Shown: positions 45,493-55,418, counted from the first letter of the stretch. The stretch: 64,000 nucleotides of DNA from Candidatus Nanohaloarchaea archaeon (GCA_042218075.1 JBDGRK010000022.1:1-64000), one strand, 5' to 3'. Translations and numbers: made by a program. The notes: generated by a model from the sequence alone, not told the origin.

Positions 45493-45753
45493 ATGGCTGA
45501 AACTGTTGGAAAAGAGACCGAAGTTACTGATGAAGGCGAAATGAGCGGCCCCAGGATAGAGGGTAAAAGGGTTAGAGTTAGCGACATTGCGGTCCGCTAC
45601 AGGAGAGGTGAGAGCCCGGAAGAGATAGCGGAGAGATTTCCCGGTCTTGAGCTTTCCGAGGTGCATTCAGCGCTCTCCTACTATCACAGTCACAGGGAAG
45701 AGGTGGAGAAGGAGATTGATAGAAGGGAGCATAAATTTGAGAAATACAGTTAA
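45493..45753 (+). CDS. DUF433 antitoxin
   Basis: GPRIEGKRVRV, SPEEIAERFP, ALSYY. Confidence 0.88.
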   Translation: MAETVGKETEVTDEGEMSGPRIEGKRVRVSDIAVRYRRGESPEEIAERFPGLELSEVHSALSYYHSHREEVEKEIDRREHKFEKYS

Positions 45754-45762
45754 GTGGTGGTT

Positions 45763-46080
45763 ATGGATTTTCTGCTTGATCACCACATCGACCCTGCTGT
45801 CGCTGAAGGCTTGAAATCCAGGGGTCAAAGGGCAAAGACTCTCTGGGATGAAGATCTACACGAGAATGGTGACGTGGATTTAGTGGATTACGCGAATGAG
45901 AGAAATATGATTCTCGTAACCAACGATGACGATTTTCTTACAATAATAGACTCAGGCAGAAAGCATTCAGGTATAGTATTCATAACAGAGCAGCAGATGC
46001 CTGTCGGAGAAATGATAAGAGGAATAATATCGGAGACAAGAAAGTGGGAAAAACCTGACGGCAGCATAGCCTTCGTCTGA
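45763..46080 (+). CDS. DUF5615 PIN-like toxin
   Basis: FLLDHHI, GDVDL, LVTNDDDF, HSGIV. Confidence 0.85.
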   Translation: MDFLLDHHIDPAVAEGLKSRGQRAKTLWDEDLHENGDVDLVDYANERNMILVTNDDDFLTIIDSGRKHSGIVFITEQQMPVGEMIRGIISETRKWEKPDGSIAFV

Positions 46081-46092
46081 CTGGCTGCGGAA

Positions 46093-46356
46093 CTACCTGC
46101 TTTCTAATTTTTCGATTATTTTCTCTCCCTTTCCAGTTCTCCTGTAAAGTCTTCCATGCTTGTCGTCAGGGTTCAGGAGCTCGACCATGTTTTTCTCCCT
46201 GAGTTCGTTCAGGGCTCGGCTGACGTGAGACTGGTGCATGCCAGTGATCTTCGCGATTTCGCTGGGCATCAACTCTTCCTCGAGAGATCCAAGGGCTTTC
46301 CTCCTCTGTTCCGATCTCTTCACAAAAGAAACGTCGCTCCATTCTATATCTTCCAT
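46093..46356 (-). CDS. Winged-helix transcription regulator
   Basis: PSEIAKITG..SHVSRALNEL..GRLYRRTGKG. Confidence 0.85.
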   Translation of the reverse strand: MEDIEWSDVSFVKRSEQRRKALGSLEEELMPSEIAKITGMHQSHVSRALNELREKNMVELLNPDDKHGRLYRRTGKGEKIIEKLESR

Positions 46357-46465
46357 GCCGGGAAATTAGTTACCTGTCTTGACTTGGAATTCTACCAGAA
46401 AGCTACCATTTTCATACCAGAATCCTCGAATCCAGATTCATTAAGATTCAGGAGAAGTTGACGAT

Positions 46466-47062
46466 ATGAAGTCAAAACTTGTGAAGCTGCTTTCAGGGCT
46501 TGAAGATTTCCAGGATCCGAAGGCTTCGCTGGAGCAGTACATGACCCCGCCGGAGTTAGCTGCAGATATTCTCCACTCTGCGGAAATGCAGGAAGATGTT
46601 GGCGCAGGCAAGAAAGTAGTGGATCTCGGATCGGGAACAGGTATATTTGCCATAGGAGCTGCTCTTCTCGGATCGGAAGTTGTCGCGGTGGAAAAAGACG
46701 AGGAAGCTCTGGAAACCGCGGAGAAAAATGCAGGAAAGCTGGAAGTCAGGGATAGAATTGAGTTCAGACATGAGGAAGTTGCTGAACTGAAGGGCGATTT
46801 CGACACCTGCCTGATGAATCCTCCTTTTTCTGTGCATTCTGAAGAAGAAATAAAGTTCTTTGAGAAGGCTCTCGAGGTTTCTAGCGTCATTTATTCGATT
46901 GTGTACGAGGAAAGATTGAGTGAGGTTAGAGACCGGGTAGAGCGATCAGATTTCTCGATAGTGGAGCAACAATCTTACAGTATCGAACTACCTCCTACAC
47001 ACGGTTTCCATACCGAGGAAGCTCATGAAGCTGAACTGTGTGTTATAGTTGCCAGAAAGTAA
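46466..47062 (+). CDS. METTL5-family N6-adenine RNA methyltransferase
   Basis: LEQYMTP, DLGSGTG, MNPPF. Confidence 0.88.
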   Translation: MKSKLVKLLSGLEDFQDPKASLEQYMTPPELAADILHSAEMQEDVGAGKKVVDLGSGTGIFAIGAALLGSEVVAVEKDEEALETAEKNAGKLEVRDRIEFRHEEVAELKGDFDTCLMNPPFSVHSEEEIKFFEKALEVSSVIYSIVYEERLSEVRDRVERSDFSIVEQQSYSIELPPTHGFHTEEAHEAELCVIVARK

Positions 47063-47117
47063 AGGAGGAAAGTGAAACAAAAAAGTTTCCCAACAATCTA
47101 CAGTTAAAGTGTAATTT

Positions 47118-47360
47118 ATGGAGCTTGAAGCTGTTGAAAAGGATGGAAGAATGATCATAGATGTCAGGCAAAACCATACTATCGCCAACCTCGTGAGAAA
47201 GGCGGTATGGGAGAACGGTGGAGAAGCAGCCTACGACAAAGGTCACCCTCTGGGCGGAGAGTCAAGCCTGATCGTAGAGTCGGAAGAACCGAAAGAAGTT
47301 CTCAAGGATGCGGTGGAAACCGCGAGAGAGTGGATGGAAGAAGTAGAGGCGCAACTTTGA
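47118..47360 (+). CDS. rpoL: RNA polymerase subunit L (Rpo11)
   Basis: HTIANL, AAYDKGHPL. Confidence 0.85.
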   Translation: MELEAVEKDGRMIIDVRQNHTIANLVRKAVWENGGEAAYDKGHPLGGESSLIVESEEPKEVLKDAVETAREWMEEVEAQL

Positions 47361-47399
47361 TGTATACATATGAAATACCCTGAATTCTAATATCCGGAT

Positions 47400-47966
47400 A
47401 TGAAGGAAGGCGCAAGAATACTCGGGATTGACGATTCTCCTTTCGATCATTCCGACGAGAGAAGCTTTCTTACCGGGGTGGTCTACAGGGGAACAGAGTT
47501 AGTGGAGGATATCAAAAAGGTGGATATAAGGGTGGATGGAGAGAACGCTACAGGGAAAATCATGGGTCTACACGACAGCTGCAATAATCCGGGGCAGATT
47601 ACTGCTATATTGCTTGACGGCGTGAGTTTCGCTGGTTTCAACGTTGTCGACCTTGATAGAACTGCTGAAGAAGCAGGTAAGCCTGTTATCTCAGTTACTC
47701 CCAACGAACCTGACAGGAAACGTTTCAGGCAGGCGATGGAAAATTCTGGTAACACGGACGAGAACTTTGGTAAGCTGCCTGAGTATTCGGAGCTGGAAAT
47801 GAAGGATGGCACTGTATATGTCCAGTATTCAGGCTGCAGCTTTCCAGAAGCAGAGGATATAATCAGATCATCCACTATCTACGGACTTGTCCCGGAACCG
47901 ATCAGGGTAGCGGACATGATAGGCTCCGCATTCCGAGAGTTTGAAACAGTTAAAAAAGAAGAGTGA
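47400..47966 (+). CDS. DUF99 (endonuclease V-like) protein
   Basis: GIDDSPF, DGVSFAGFNVVD, PEPIRVA. Confidence 0.88.
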   Translation: MKEGARILGIDDSPFDHSDERSFLTGVVYRGTELVEDIKKVDIRVDGENATGKIMGLHDSCNNPGQITAILLDGVSFAGFNVVDLDRTAEEAGKPVISVTPNEPDRKRFRQAMENSGNTDENFGKLPEYSELEMKDGTVYVQYSGCSFPEAEDIIRSSTIYGLVPEPIRVADMIGSAFREFETVKKEE

Positions 47967-47978
47967 GGTAACCTGCGT

Positions 47979-48509
47979 ATGGATTTGGAGAAAAGATGGA
48001 GAGAATTGAGAGATTCAAGGTCTTTCGAGGAATTCTACTTTTTCTCCATAGCGCTGATACTGGCCTTCGGAGTCCTGAGTACGACCGGAGAACTCATGAA
48101 AACTGAGAGACCGGTAGTTACAGTCACCTCCTGTTCGATGTACCCGGAATACGGGATAGGCGATATCATACTGGTAAAGGGGGAAAAATTCGAAAACTAT
48201 AATGTAGGCGACGTTGTAGTATACGATGCGAATTCTGATTCGGTAAACATCCCGATCATTCACAGGGTTGTGAAGAAAAACAGCAGCGCACTGGAGACCA
48301 AAGGCGACAACACTAGAGGCCAACACGAGTTCGAGAAACGAGTGACCAGAGAACAGATATTCGGCGAAGCAGTTTTCTCCCTTCCCAAAGTCGGAGCCGT
48401 GAAATTACTGGCTATGGATCTAGTCGGATTCGGCGGACAGAATATCGGAGGAGGGCCAAACTTTCCCGTAGGTATGGAGAACACTTATTTCTGCAGCAGG
48501 GTGAGATGA
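47979..48509 (+). CDS. Signal peptidase I (Sec11 type)
   Basis: SCSMYP, IIHRV, TKGDN. Confidence 0.88.
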   Translation: MDLEKRWRELRDSRSFEEFYFFSIALILAFGVLSTTGELMKTERPVVTVTSCSMYPEYGIGDIILVKGEKFENYNVGDVVVYDANSDSVNIPIIHRVVKKNSSALETKGDNTRGQHEFEKRVTREQIFGEAVFSLPKVGAVKLLAMDLVGFGGQNIGGGPNFPVGMENTYFCSRVR

Positions 48510-48552
48510 GGGTTACACTATATAAAAGTTCTTCAACTTATACGAACGCTAT

Positions 48553-48903
48553 ATGGAGTTCTGTGATGACTGCGGCGGGATGCTGGTTTCCGAGAAACAG
48601 GATGGAGAATCAAAAATGAAGTGCAGAAGCTGCGGGGAGTACGAGGAAGAAGTTGATGCCGAAGAAATGAAGGTAACAGAGGAAAAGGAGGAGGATCCCA
48701 TGGACCGACTTAACGTATCTTCCGAGGAGGACCAGGAAACTACCCGCCCTACCACAATGAAGGAGTGCCCCTCATGTTCTGAGGAGAAGGAGGACGAGAA
48801 AGAACACGAATGGTGGATGGAGCAGACAAGATCCAGCGACGAGCCACCGACAAGGTTCTACGAGTGCACCGAGTGCGGTAACGTTCACAAGGAATACGAC
48901 TGA
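48553..48903 (+). CDS. tfs: Transcription cleavage factor TFS
   Basis: FCDDCG, QTRSSDEPPTRFYECTECG. Confidence 0.93.
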   Translation: MEFCDDCGGMLVSEKQDGESKMKCRSCGEYEEEVDAEEMKVTEEKEEDPMDRLNVSSEEDQETTRPTTMKECPSCSEEKEDEKEHEWWMEQTRSSDEPPTRFYECTECGNVHKEYD

Positions 48904-48966
48904 TAAAATTTAAAGGATAATATAAAGTTAAAAACTTCTTTAAATCTCTATCTTTAGTTTTTTAAC

Positions 48967-49302
48967 ATGGATAGAATAGATTTAGTGATAGATGAAGATG
49001 TAAAGAAATCAATAAAGGTTAAACTGAATTCAAGAGGTATAAAGACTGAAAGATTGAAAAAGAGCCTGACCGACCGGAAGGTGATTTTAGAAGCACGAGA
49101 AAGAGATGCACCGATATTAACCCGGAATCAGGAGGATTTTATTCATCTCAATGAAGAAATAAGTCACAGCGGAATACTTATTGACAAATTCATGAATAAG
49201 AGAGGTTCAAAGAAAGTAGCGGAAACCGTACAGCAAGTTTTAGAAGAAAACAAGGAGAAAATAGAAGATAGGGTCTGGTTTGTCTCAAACTTTTATCCTT
49301 GA
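48967..49302 (+). CDS. DUF5615 PIN-like toxin
   Basis: VIDEDV, LTDRKV, ILTRNQEDF, HSGIL. Confidence 0.75.
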   Translation: MDRIDLVIDEDVKKSIKVKLNSRGIKTERLKKSLTDRKVILEARERDAPILTRNQEDFIHLNEEISHSGILIDKFMNKRGSKKVAETVQQVLEENKEKIEDRVWFVSNFYP

Positions 49303-49518
49303 GCCCGGCCTTGAAAACTGGCTCGCCTCACAAGAATAGTTTAGAGCAGCCTCCACATCACAAGTAGAAATCGAAGGTAGCTGGTTTACAATCTGTTCTT
49401 TTTTCATTCCCTCATCATAAAGTTCGAAGATAGCCTCCACAGATACTCTAGTGTCTTTTACTCTTGGCTTACCTCCTATCACTCCCTCAGTCCTTACAAT
49501 TTTAGATTCTTCTACCAT
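49285..49518 (-). CDS. DUF433 antitoxin (convergent with DUF5615)
   Basis: GGKPRVKDTRVSV, DVEAALNY. Confidence 0.85.
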   Translation of the reverse strand: MVEESKIVRTEGVIGGKPRVKDTRVSVEAIFELYDEGMKKEQIVNQLPSISTCDVEAALNYSCEASQFSRPGSRIKV

Positions 49519-49578
49519 AGATTTCTATTTAGAATAAATTTATTTAAAAATATCTGAAATCTATCCCAGAATTTAACA

Positions 49579-50151
49579 TTATTCTATCTCAATTTTCTCT
49601 TCTTCCCCGATCTCATCGGCTATAGCGTAAATAGAAGCCTCAAGTCTTGAAAGTCGATCCTTTAAGACTTCTTTTTCATCTTCAAACGTCCTTTTGTCCA
49701 GCTTCTTCTCGAAGTCGTACTCACTGTTGTTGCTGTGAACCATGAACCTGTTCTCCAGCTCATCGATTCTATCGGCCAACTTCTCTTCCACCGTTGAAAT
49801 CCCATCCTCATTTTCCTCAATCTCTCTATCAAGCCTCTTCATAGTCTCAACTAAAGTCTCAGACTGCTCCTTAATCGTCTTATCAGTTTCCTCAAGCCTT
49901 TCCTCCAGAGACTCGATCCTCAGCGAAAGCTGTTTCCTCGTATCCTCCGACTCCACCTGTTGCTCGATTATTTTCTTGAGGCGATCAACCTCGTCCGCCT
50001 GGAATTCGAGCTCTTCCCTCATTATCCTGTCGTACTCGTCAAGGAAATCCTGTAGGGCAGAATCTACAGCATCAAGATGAGATTCCAGCTGGTCGATCCT
50101 GGCTTCCAGGCCCTCGATCTGCTGAGCAGACTTCTTACCCAGTATATCCAT
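49579..50151 (-). CDS. Hypothetical long coiled-coil protein
   Basis: Continuous heptads. Confidence 0.75.
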   Translation of the reverse strand: MDILGKKSAQQIEGLEARIDQLESHLDAVDSALQDFLDEYDRIMREELEFQADEVDRLKKIIEQQVESEDTRKQLSLRIESLEERLEETDKTIKEQSETLVETMKRLDREIEENEDGISTVEEKLADRIDELENRFMVHSNNSEYDFEKKLDKRTFEDEKEVLKDRLSRLEASIYAIADEIGEEEKIEIE

Positions 50152-50229
50152 GTTTAGAAACTGTACAGAGATACATTTCAAACCCGAGGGCCGGATAGAG
50201 TTAAAACATTTAATTACCTGAATCGGATT

Positions 50230-50562
50230 ATGCCAGAGCAGAGACAGAGGAGAGCGCCAGCGGAACCCAAGGATATAGAGCAGATAGACCCACAGAGGGA
50301 TATAAGAGTAAGGATAGTGGGAACCGTTATCTCGAAAGGAGAGGAGTCGGTAACCCTGGACGACGGCACGGGATCGACTGAGGTATTCATGCAGGAGGAA
50401 GAGCTGGAAGAAGTCGAAGAGGGGGAGAGAATAAGAGTTCTCGGCAGGATTCTGCCCACTCCTGACAGTTTCGAGGTCCAGGCCGAGATAGTACAGGACC
50501 TGGCCTCTGTAGATATGGAAACCTACGACACAGTTAAAAAAATTGTTAACACCTCAGAATAA
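50230..50562 (+). CDS. OB-fold protein, RPA small-subunit-like
   Basis: RVRIVGTV, LDDGTG, RVLG, AEIVQDL. Confidence 0.75.
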   Translation: MPEQRQRRAPAEPKDIEQIDPQRDIRVRIVGTVISKGEESVTLDDGTGSTEVFMQEEELEEVEEGERIRVLGRILPTPDSFEVQAEIVQDLASVDMETYDTVKKIVNTSE

Positions 50563-50567
50563 TAACG

Positions 50568-51329
50568 GTGAGCAAAGTGTTCGAAGCTGAACTGGAGGAA
50601 GTAGGACTTGTCAAGGATTCGATGAAAACCATATCCGACCTAATTTCAGAGGGTCTCTTCCAGCTGAAAGAGGACGGGATACATTTGATCGCGGCGGATC
50701 CCGCGATGGTGGCGCTTGTTGACTTCAAGATTGAAGAGGATGTTTTCGAGGAATACGAACTGGACGGGGAATCGAAGGTAGGTCTCAACCTTGAGAACCT
50801 GTATTCGATACTCAGGAGAGCTAACTCGTCTGACACACTCACTTTTGAGGTAGATGAAGACGAATCAAAATTCAACATAAGAATGGAGAATTCATCCACA
50901 AGAAACTTTTCACTCCCGATACTCAACCTCTCAGAGGACGATATACCGTCCACAGACCAGCTCGACTTTACCGTAACCGCCGACATGGAGACATCGGTTC
51001 TTGAATCCGCGATAAAGGATGCGATGGTAGTCGGAGACTCAGTCACCATCTCCTCGGATGGATCAGAGATCAGGATCGAATCAGAGGGAGACCAGAGCAA
51101 CGTTGACTTCACAATACAGAAGGGAGCTGATGGGCTGATGGAGATTGATGGAGATGAAGCAAGCTCAATGTTCTCCCTGGACTACCTCAACTCGATTACA
51201 GGAGCAAAGAAGCTCAGCGACACGGTCGAGATGAGGCTGGGACAGGACTTCCCGATGAGACTCAACTTTGAAGTCCCGGATAAAGCGAGGCTGAGCTTCG
51301 TTCTAGCGCCCAGGATTGAGGAGGAGTAA
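50568..51329 (+). CDS. pcn: DNA sliding clamp PCNA
   Basis: AADPAMVALV, FSLDYL, FVLAPRIE. Confidence 0.95.
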   Translation: MSKVFEAELEEVGLVKDSMKTISDLISEGLFQLKEDGIHLIAADPAMVALVDFKIEEDVFEEYELDGESKVGLNLENLYSILRRANSSDTLTFEVDEDESKFNIRMENSSTRNFSLPILNLSEDDIPSTDQLDFTVTADMETSVLESAIKDAMVVGDSVTISSDGSEIRIESEGDQSNVDFTIQKGADGLMEIDGDEASSMFSLDYLNSITGAKKLSDTVEMRLGQDFPMRLNFEVPDKARLSFVLAPRIEEE

Positions 51330-51330
51330 T

Positions 51331-51756
51331 GTGTTCGATGAATTAATTGGCCTTTTTGAGAACTATGAATTCCAGAGCCGGACCGAATTTAATCACGTGA
51401 GATCTAAATTAGGAGACCCAGAGAAATACGGTCCCGCTATAAAAGCCCTGATTTATGCAGAGGAAAATGTAATGAATACGGTAGAGTTGAGAAATGTTCT
51501 GGAGGAAAATGGAGAAAGACCTTTCGGATACGATACAGGAATAATGCAAGAAATTTACGGATATCTTGAAAGAATTGGTTTAATAGAAGAAATCAATCCA
51601 GAAAATTCAAGCAATCAAGTTGGCTGGAAGACGGAATATCCTCTAGAAGGGGACTGGCAAACTTTCAAAGAATTTCTTGATGAAGATGGGATAGAACACC
51701 TGAGTGCTCCTGTAGAATTTGGATCCAGTGCTGGTCGCGGAAGACGAGGTTACTGA
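51331..51756 (+). CDS. Hypothetical protein, possibly winged-helix (AT-rich)
   Basis: GTG start after GAGGAG; YLERIGLIEE. Confidence 0.6.
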   Translation: MFDELIGLFENYEFQSRTEFNHVRSKLGDPEKYGPAIKALIYAEENVMNTVELRNVLEENGERPFGYDTGIMQEIYGYLERIGLIEEINPENSSNQVGWKTEYPLEGDWQTFKEFLDEDGIEHLSAPVEFGSSAGRGRRGY

Positions 51757-51785
51757 TATAACTTCAGAACCTGAATACTCAATTA

Positions 51786-52157
51786 ATGAGCAAGAAAGAT
51801 TATCCTGAACTTTCCGAAGAAGAATACCGAGTTCTGAGGGAGAGAGGTACGGAGCCGAGGGGAAGCGGAGAGTACCTGGATAAGGATGAAGATGGCTTCT
51901 ACTGCTGCAAGGCTTGTGAACAAAGAATTTTTGACTCGGAAACCAAGTTCGATTCCGGGTCAGGCTGGCCTTCCTTCTACGATGCTATCGAGGGATCGGT
52001 TGAGTTCCGGGAGGATGATCGACACGGGATGGACCGCACGGAGGTAATCTGTTCTCAATGCGGGTCTCATTTGGGCCATGTATTCAATGACGGACCTGAA
52101 CCTACAGGGAAACGGTTCTGTATCAATTCAGTGGCTCTGGACTTCGAGGAAGACTGA
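51786..52157 (+). CDS. msrB: Peptide-methionine (R)-S-oxide reductase
   Basis: [24 protein letters not shown]. Confidence 0.96.
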   Translation: MSKKDYPELSEEEYRVLRERGTEPRGSGEYLDKDEDGFYCCKACEQRIFDSETKFDSGSGWPSFYDAIEGSVEFREDDRHGMDRTEVICSQCGSHLGHVFNDGPEPTGKRFCINSVALDFEED

Positions 52158-52195
52158 AGATTATTCTTTTACAGTTTCTCACAATACTTGGATAC

Positions 52196-53572
52196 ATGGG
52201 GGAGGAAGGGGAAAAGCCGCAGGACTGGAAGATAAGGCAGTACTACCAGCAGGATGAGCTGGTGGAAAAGATACTCGCTATGGCGGAGTACCGAGAAGTC
52301 GCACCGACCTATCCGGAGGGTTACGGCAAAAGACCTGACGCTATAAACTTTCCTGGAGACTTTGAACAACTTGTTGAGAACGGCGCTGTTGCCTTCCATT
52401 TTTCCGTGGAGAAGTGGAGAAATCCTCTACTAATAGACGAGGTGAGCGATCTAGACAACCTTAGAGAAGGGTGGGACCTCGTGATCGATATAGACTGTGA
52501 CTACGATTTTGAGCTGGCAAAGGATACCGCCAATCTTGTAATCGAAGAGCTGAGACAGCACGGTATTGAAAATATTGGTATCAAGTTCTCCGGAAACAGA
52601 GGCTTCCATATAGGTATAAGGGGTGAAGCCTTCCCCCAGAAAATATCAGGAAAGGATTTCTCGGAACTCTATCCACGCCTTCCGAGAGGCATAGTGAGCT
52701 ACCTGAGAGAACAGCTTAGGGATGAGATGGTGAATCTGGTTGAAAAATATGGGCTGGAGGATGAGATGGAAACAGGGGAGGGAAGAGATCCCTACCAGGT
52801 TTCAGACCTTGAGAACGACTGGGGCCAGAGACACCTTTTCAGGATGCCTTACTCCCTGCATGATGGCAGCTGGCTGGTTTCAGTACCCCTGGATGAGGAT
52901 GAAATAGAGGGATTCGAGAAGCAGGATGCAGAAATGGATCAGGTCGATTTCGATAACGATTTTCTGAAAGATTACAAGGGAGGAGAGGCATCGAACCTGG
53001 CGATCCAGGCGATGGATTTTATTGAAAGGAAACAGGAGGAAAGGATAGAGCAAAGGATAGAAAGACAGGAGAAGGACTTTGATAGACCTGATGAAGCCAT
53101 TCCCGAAAAATATTTTCCTCCCACGATAAACAATATTCTGGAAGGTCTGGAGGATGGCAGGAAGCGCGGACTGTTTATCCTAATCAACTTTCTGAGGTGT
53201 GTTGGATATTCCTGGGAGCAGATTGAGGCGAAGATATGGGAGTGGAATGAAAGGAATGAAGAGGCGCTTGGAGACACTTACGTGAAGACACAGCTGAGGT
53301 GGCACAGGGAGAGGGATGAGGAGGTTCCTCCACCGAATTATGACTCCGATGGCTACTATAGAGACATGCAGGTTTACGAGGGAGATCACCTGGAAGAGAA
53401 GGTTTCAAACCCTGTGAGCTACGCCTTCAGGCAGGCAAAGAAGCAGGATTCCGGGGAGGAGGATGAGGAAGTCATGGAGTGCCCTCATTGTGGAAAAGAG
53501 TACAAGATGGAGAGTTACTACAGGAAGCACGTCCAGAAGTGCCGTGAAGATGAGAAGGTCAGAAAGCTCTGA
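52196..53572 (+). CDS. Fused DNA primase (PriS catalytic + PriL/PriX-like domain) with C-terminal zinc finger
   Basis: DLVIDID, SGNRGFH, RMPYSLH, FPPTI, DGRKR, WEWN, CPHC-x12-H-x3-C. Confidence 0.9.
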   Translation: MGEEGEKPQDWKIRQYYQQDELVEKILAMAEYREVAPTYPEGYGKRPDAINFPGDFEQLVENGAVAFHFSVEKWRNPLLIDEVSDLDNLREGWDLVIDIDCDYDFELAKDTANLVIEELRQHGIENIGIKFSGNRGFHIGIRGEAFPQKISGKDFSELYPRLPRGIVSYLREQLRDEMVNLVEKYGLEDEMETGEGRDPYQVSDLENDWGQRHLFRMPYSLHDGSWLVSVPLDEDEIEGFEKQDAEMDQVDFDNDFLKDYKGGEASNLAIQAMDFIERKQEERIEQRIERQEKDFDRPDEAIPEKYFPPTINNILEGLEDGRKRGLFILINFLRCVGYSWEQIEAKIWEWNERNEEALGDTYVKTQLRWHRERDEEVPPPNYDSDGYYRDMQVYEGDHLEEKVSNPVSYAFRQAKKQDSGEEDEEVMECPHCGKEYKMESYYRKHVQKCREDEKVRKL

Positions 53573-53610
53573 CCGTCACGATAAAAAGTTTTCACCGCGA
53601 CCGATTCAAT

Positions 53611-54213
53611 GTGGAAGGGGAGACACTTACTTTCAGTCAACTGAGAAAGATCGAGAAAACTGAAAAGAGACAGGAAGAGCTATCAGAACTTGATTCTGAC
53701 TTTCTGCTGAGGGCTTCGCGCTACCTTGATAGAAAGAAGGATGCAGGGGATCAGAGAGAGTACCGTAACGCTAAAAGAGTGCTGGAGAAGATCATAGGCC
53801 TGAGACAGGATAAAATAGTAAAGAACGCAAAGCTGGCGGTGAAGTCAGGCTTAAAGGCGTCTAGCCTTGAAATGTTGCCCAGGGAGCAGGAGTTTTACAG
53901 GGAGGTAAAGAAGAAGTTCTCAGCTTACTCGGAGAAGATTGAAGAAGTTATAGAGCAGAGTCCGGAAGAGGTTGAGGTTCCCGAGACTGATGAGGAAGCT
54001 GAAGATGAAACTGGTCTGGATGAGGATAAAGAAGATGAAGAGGATAGAAGAGAAGGATACGAGAGAGTGAAAGTAGTCTCCCAAATACCGGAGTTCATGG
54101 GAACCGATCTCGAATCCTATGGTCCTTTTGAAGAAGGTGAAAAAGTCGAGGTACCGGAGGAAAACGCGGAGATACTTGTGAACAGGGGTAGCGCGGAGAT
54201 GATAGGTGGTTGA
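53611..54213 (+). CDS. GINS subunit (Gins51/Gins15 type)
   Basis: RQDKIV, PEFMGTDLESYGPF, NAEILV; primase-GINS synteny. Confidence 0.88.
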   Translation: MEGETLTFSQLRKIEKTEKRQEELSELDSDFLLRASRYLDRKKDAGDQREYRNAKRVLEKIIGLRQDKIVKNAKLAVKSGLKASSLEMLPREQEFYREVKKKFSAYSEKIEEVIEQSPEEVEVPETDEEAEDETGLDEDKEDEEDRREGYERVKVVSQIPEFMGTDLESYGPFEEGEKVEVPEENAEILVNRGSAEMIGG

Positions 54214-54214
54214 G

Positions 54215-54850
54215 ATGGTAAAAGTTTTCTCTCTAGGAGGCTCATTAATTAGAGAAAATCTCGATGATATAGAAAAATTAGGAGAGGCACTGGACTACGA
54301 AGAGCAGATAGTGGTGGTTACCGGGGCAGGAGACCTGAACGAGCACCAGGGAGCGGTCAGGGGACAGGCTAACAAGGGGATGCAGGACCTTGTGGGAATA
54401 AAGGCGACAAGGCTGAACGCCCAGACACTGATACCAGTGATTGAAGCATACCCTTCAATCCCCGAAACTCCCGAAGAGGTACAGGAGGCGTCTGAGTCAG
54501 GTAAAGATATAGTAATGGGAGGCCTTACTCCCGGTTACTCGACCGATGCAGTGGCTGCCACGGTCGCAGAGTTACTGGATGCAGATCTCTACATCGCAAC
54601 AACTGTCGACGCTGTCTACGATCCACATCCGGAAGATGCCGATGCTGAAAAACTGGAGGAAGTCGGTACCGAAAAACTCAGGGAACTGGTCGGAGACGAT
54701 CACAGACCCGGTAGCTACGAGCTGATTGACTCGACCGCGCTCAACCTGATAGAGAGATCGGGGATAGAAACAAAACTGTTCAGGGGTAGTATTGAGAATC
54801 TTGAAAACGTGGCAAAGGCTGAAGGCACGCACATAAGGACAGATGAATGA
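54215..54850 (+). CDS. pyrH: UMP kinase
   Basis: SLGGS, DLVGIKATRLNA, PGYSTDAVAA, VDAVY. Confidence 0.88.
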   Translation: MVKVFSLGGSLIRENLDDIEKLGEALDYEEQIVVVTGAGDLNEHQGAVRGQANKGMQDLVGIKATRLNAQTLIPVIEAYPSIPETPEEVQEASESGKDIVMGGLTPGYSTDAVAATVAELLDADLYIATTVDAVYDPHPEDADAEKLEEVGTEKLRELVGDDHRPGSYELIDSTALNLIERSGIETKLFRGSIENLENVAKAEGTHIRTDE

Positions 54851-54895
54851 AGCCTGAACCAGTGCTTTTAAAGTTTAACCGCCGCTTTTGTTGAC

Positions 54896-55198
54896 ATGGT
54901 AAAGATACCAAAAGAACAGAACCGTTACTGCCCTCACTGCGACACTCATACCGAGCAGACTGTAAAGGAAGTGACAAGCAGACCTGCAGGAGCATTCAAG
55001 AAGAAGGACAGGAAGAGGCAGAGAAAGGTAGACAAAGGGTATGGATCGTTCCCGTACGAGAACCCGGCGATCCGCTCCAGAGGAAGAAAGAATCCCACCT
55101 CGGAGAAGAAAGACCTGCAGTTTACCTGTAAGGAATGCGGGAAGAGCCACAAGCCAAAAAAACCGATCAGGACCTCCAAGCTGGAGATAGAGAGGTAA
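54896..55198 (+). CDS. rpl44e: 50S ribosomal protein L44e
   Basis: YCPHCDTHT, CKECGK. Confidence 0.93.
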   Translation: MVKIPKEQNRYCPHCDTHTEQTVKEVTSRPAGAFKKKDRKRQRKVDKGYGSFPYENPAIRSRGRKNPTSEKKDLQFTCKECGKSHKPKKPIRTSKLEIER

Positions 55199-55204
55199 AA
55201 TAAT

Positions 55205-55378
55205 ATGGCACAGAACTTCCTGGAAGTGGAGTGCGGAGAATGCGGAAACGCACAGCATATCTTCTCGAGAGCCTCAAACAGGGTTGAGTGCCTAGTATGC
55301 GGAGAGGAATTAGCATCACCCACAGGCGGAAGGGCAGAAGTAAAGGCGGAAGTAGTTGAAGAACTCCAGGTTGAGTAG
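55205..55378 (+). CDS. rps27e: 30S ribosomal protein S27e
   Basis: FLEVECGECGNAQHIFSRA...CLVCG...PTGGRA; below the track cutoff. Confidence 0.93.
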   Translation: MAQNFLEVECGECGNAQHIFSRASNRVECLVCGEELASPTGGRAEVKAEVVEELQVE

Positions 55379-55418
55379 ACAGCTCCAGCTTATAAAATTG
55401 ATTTTCTAAACTGAACCC

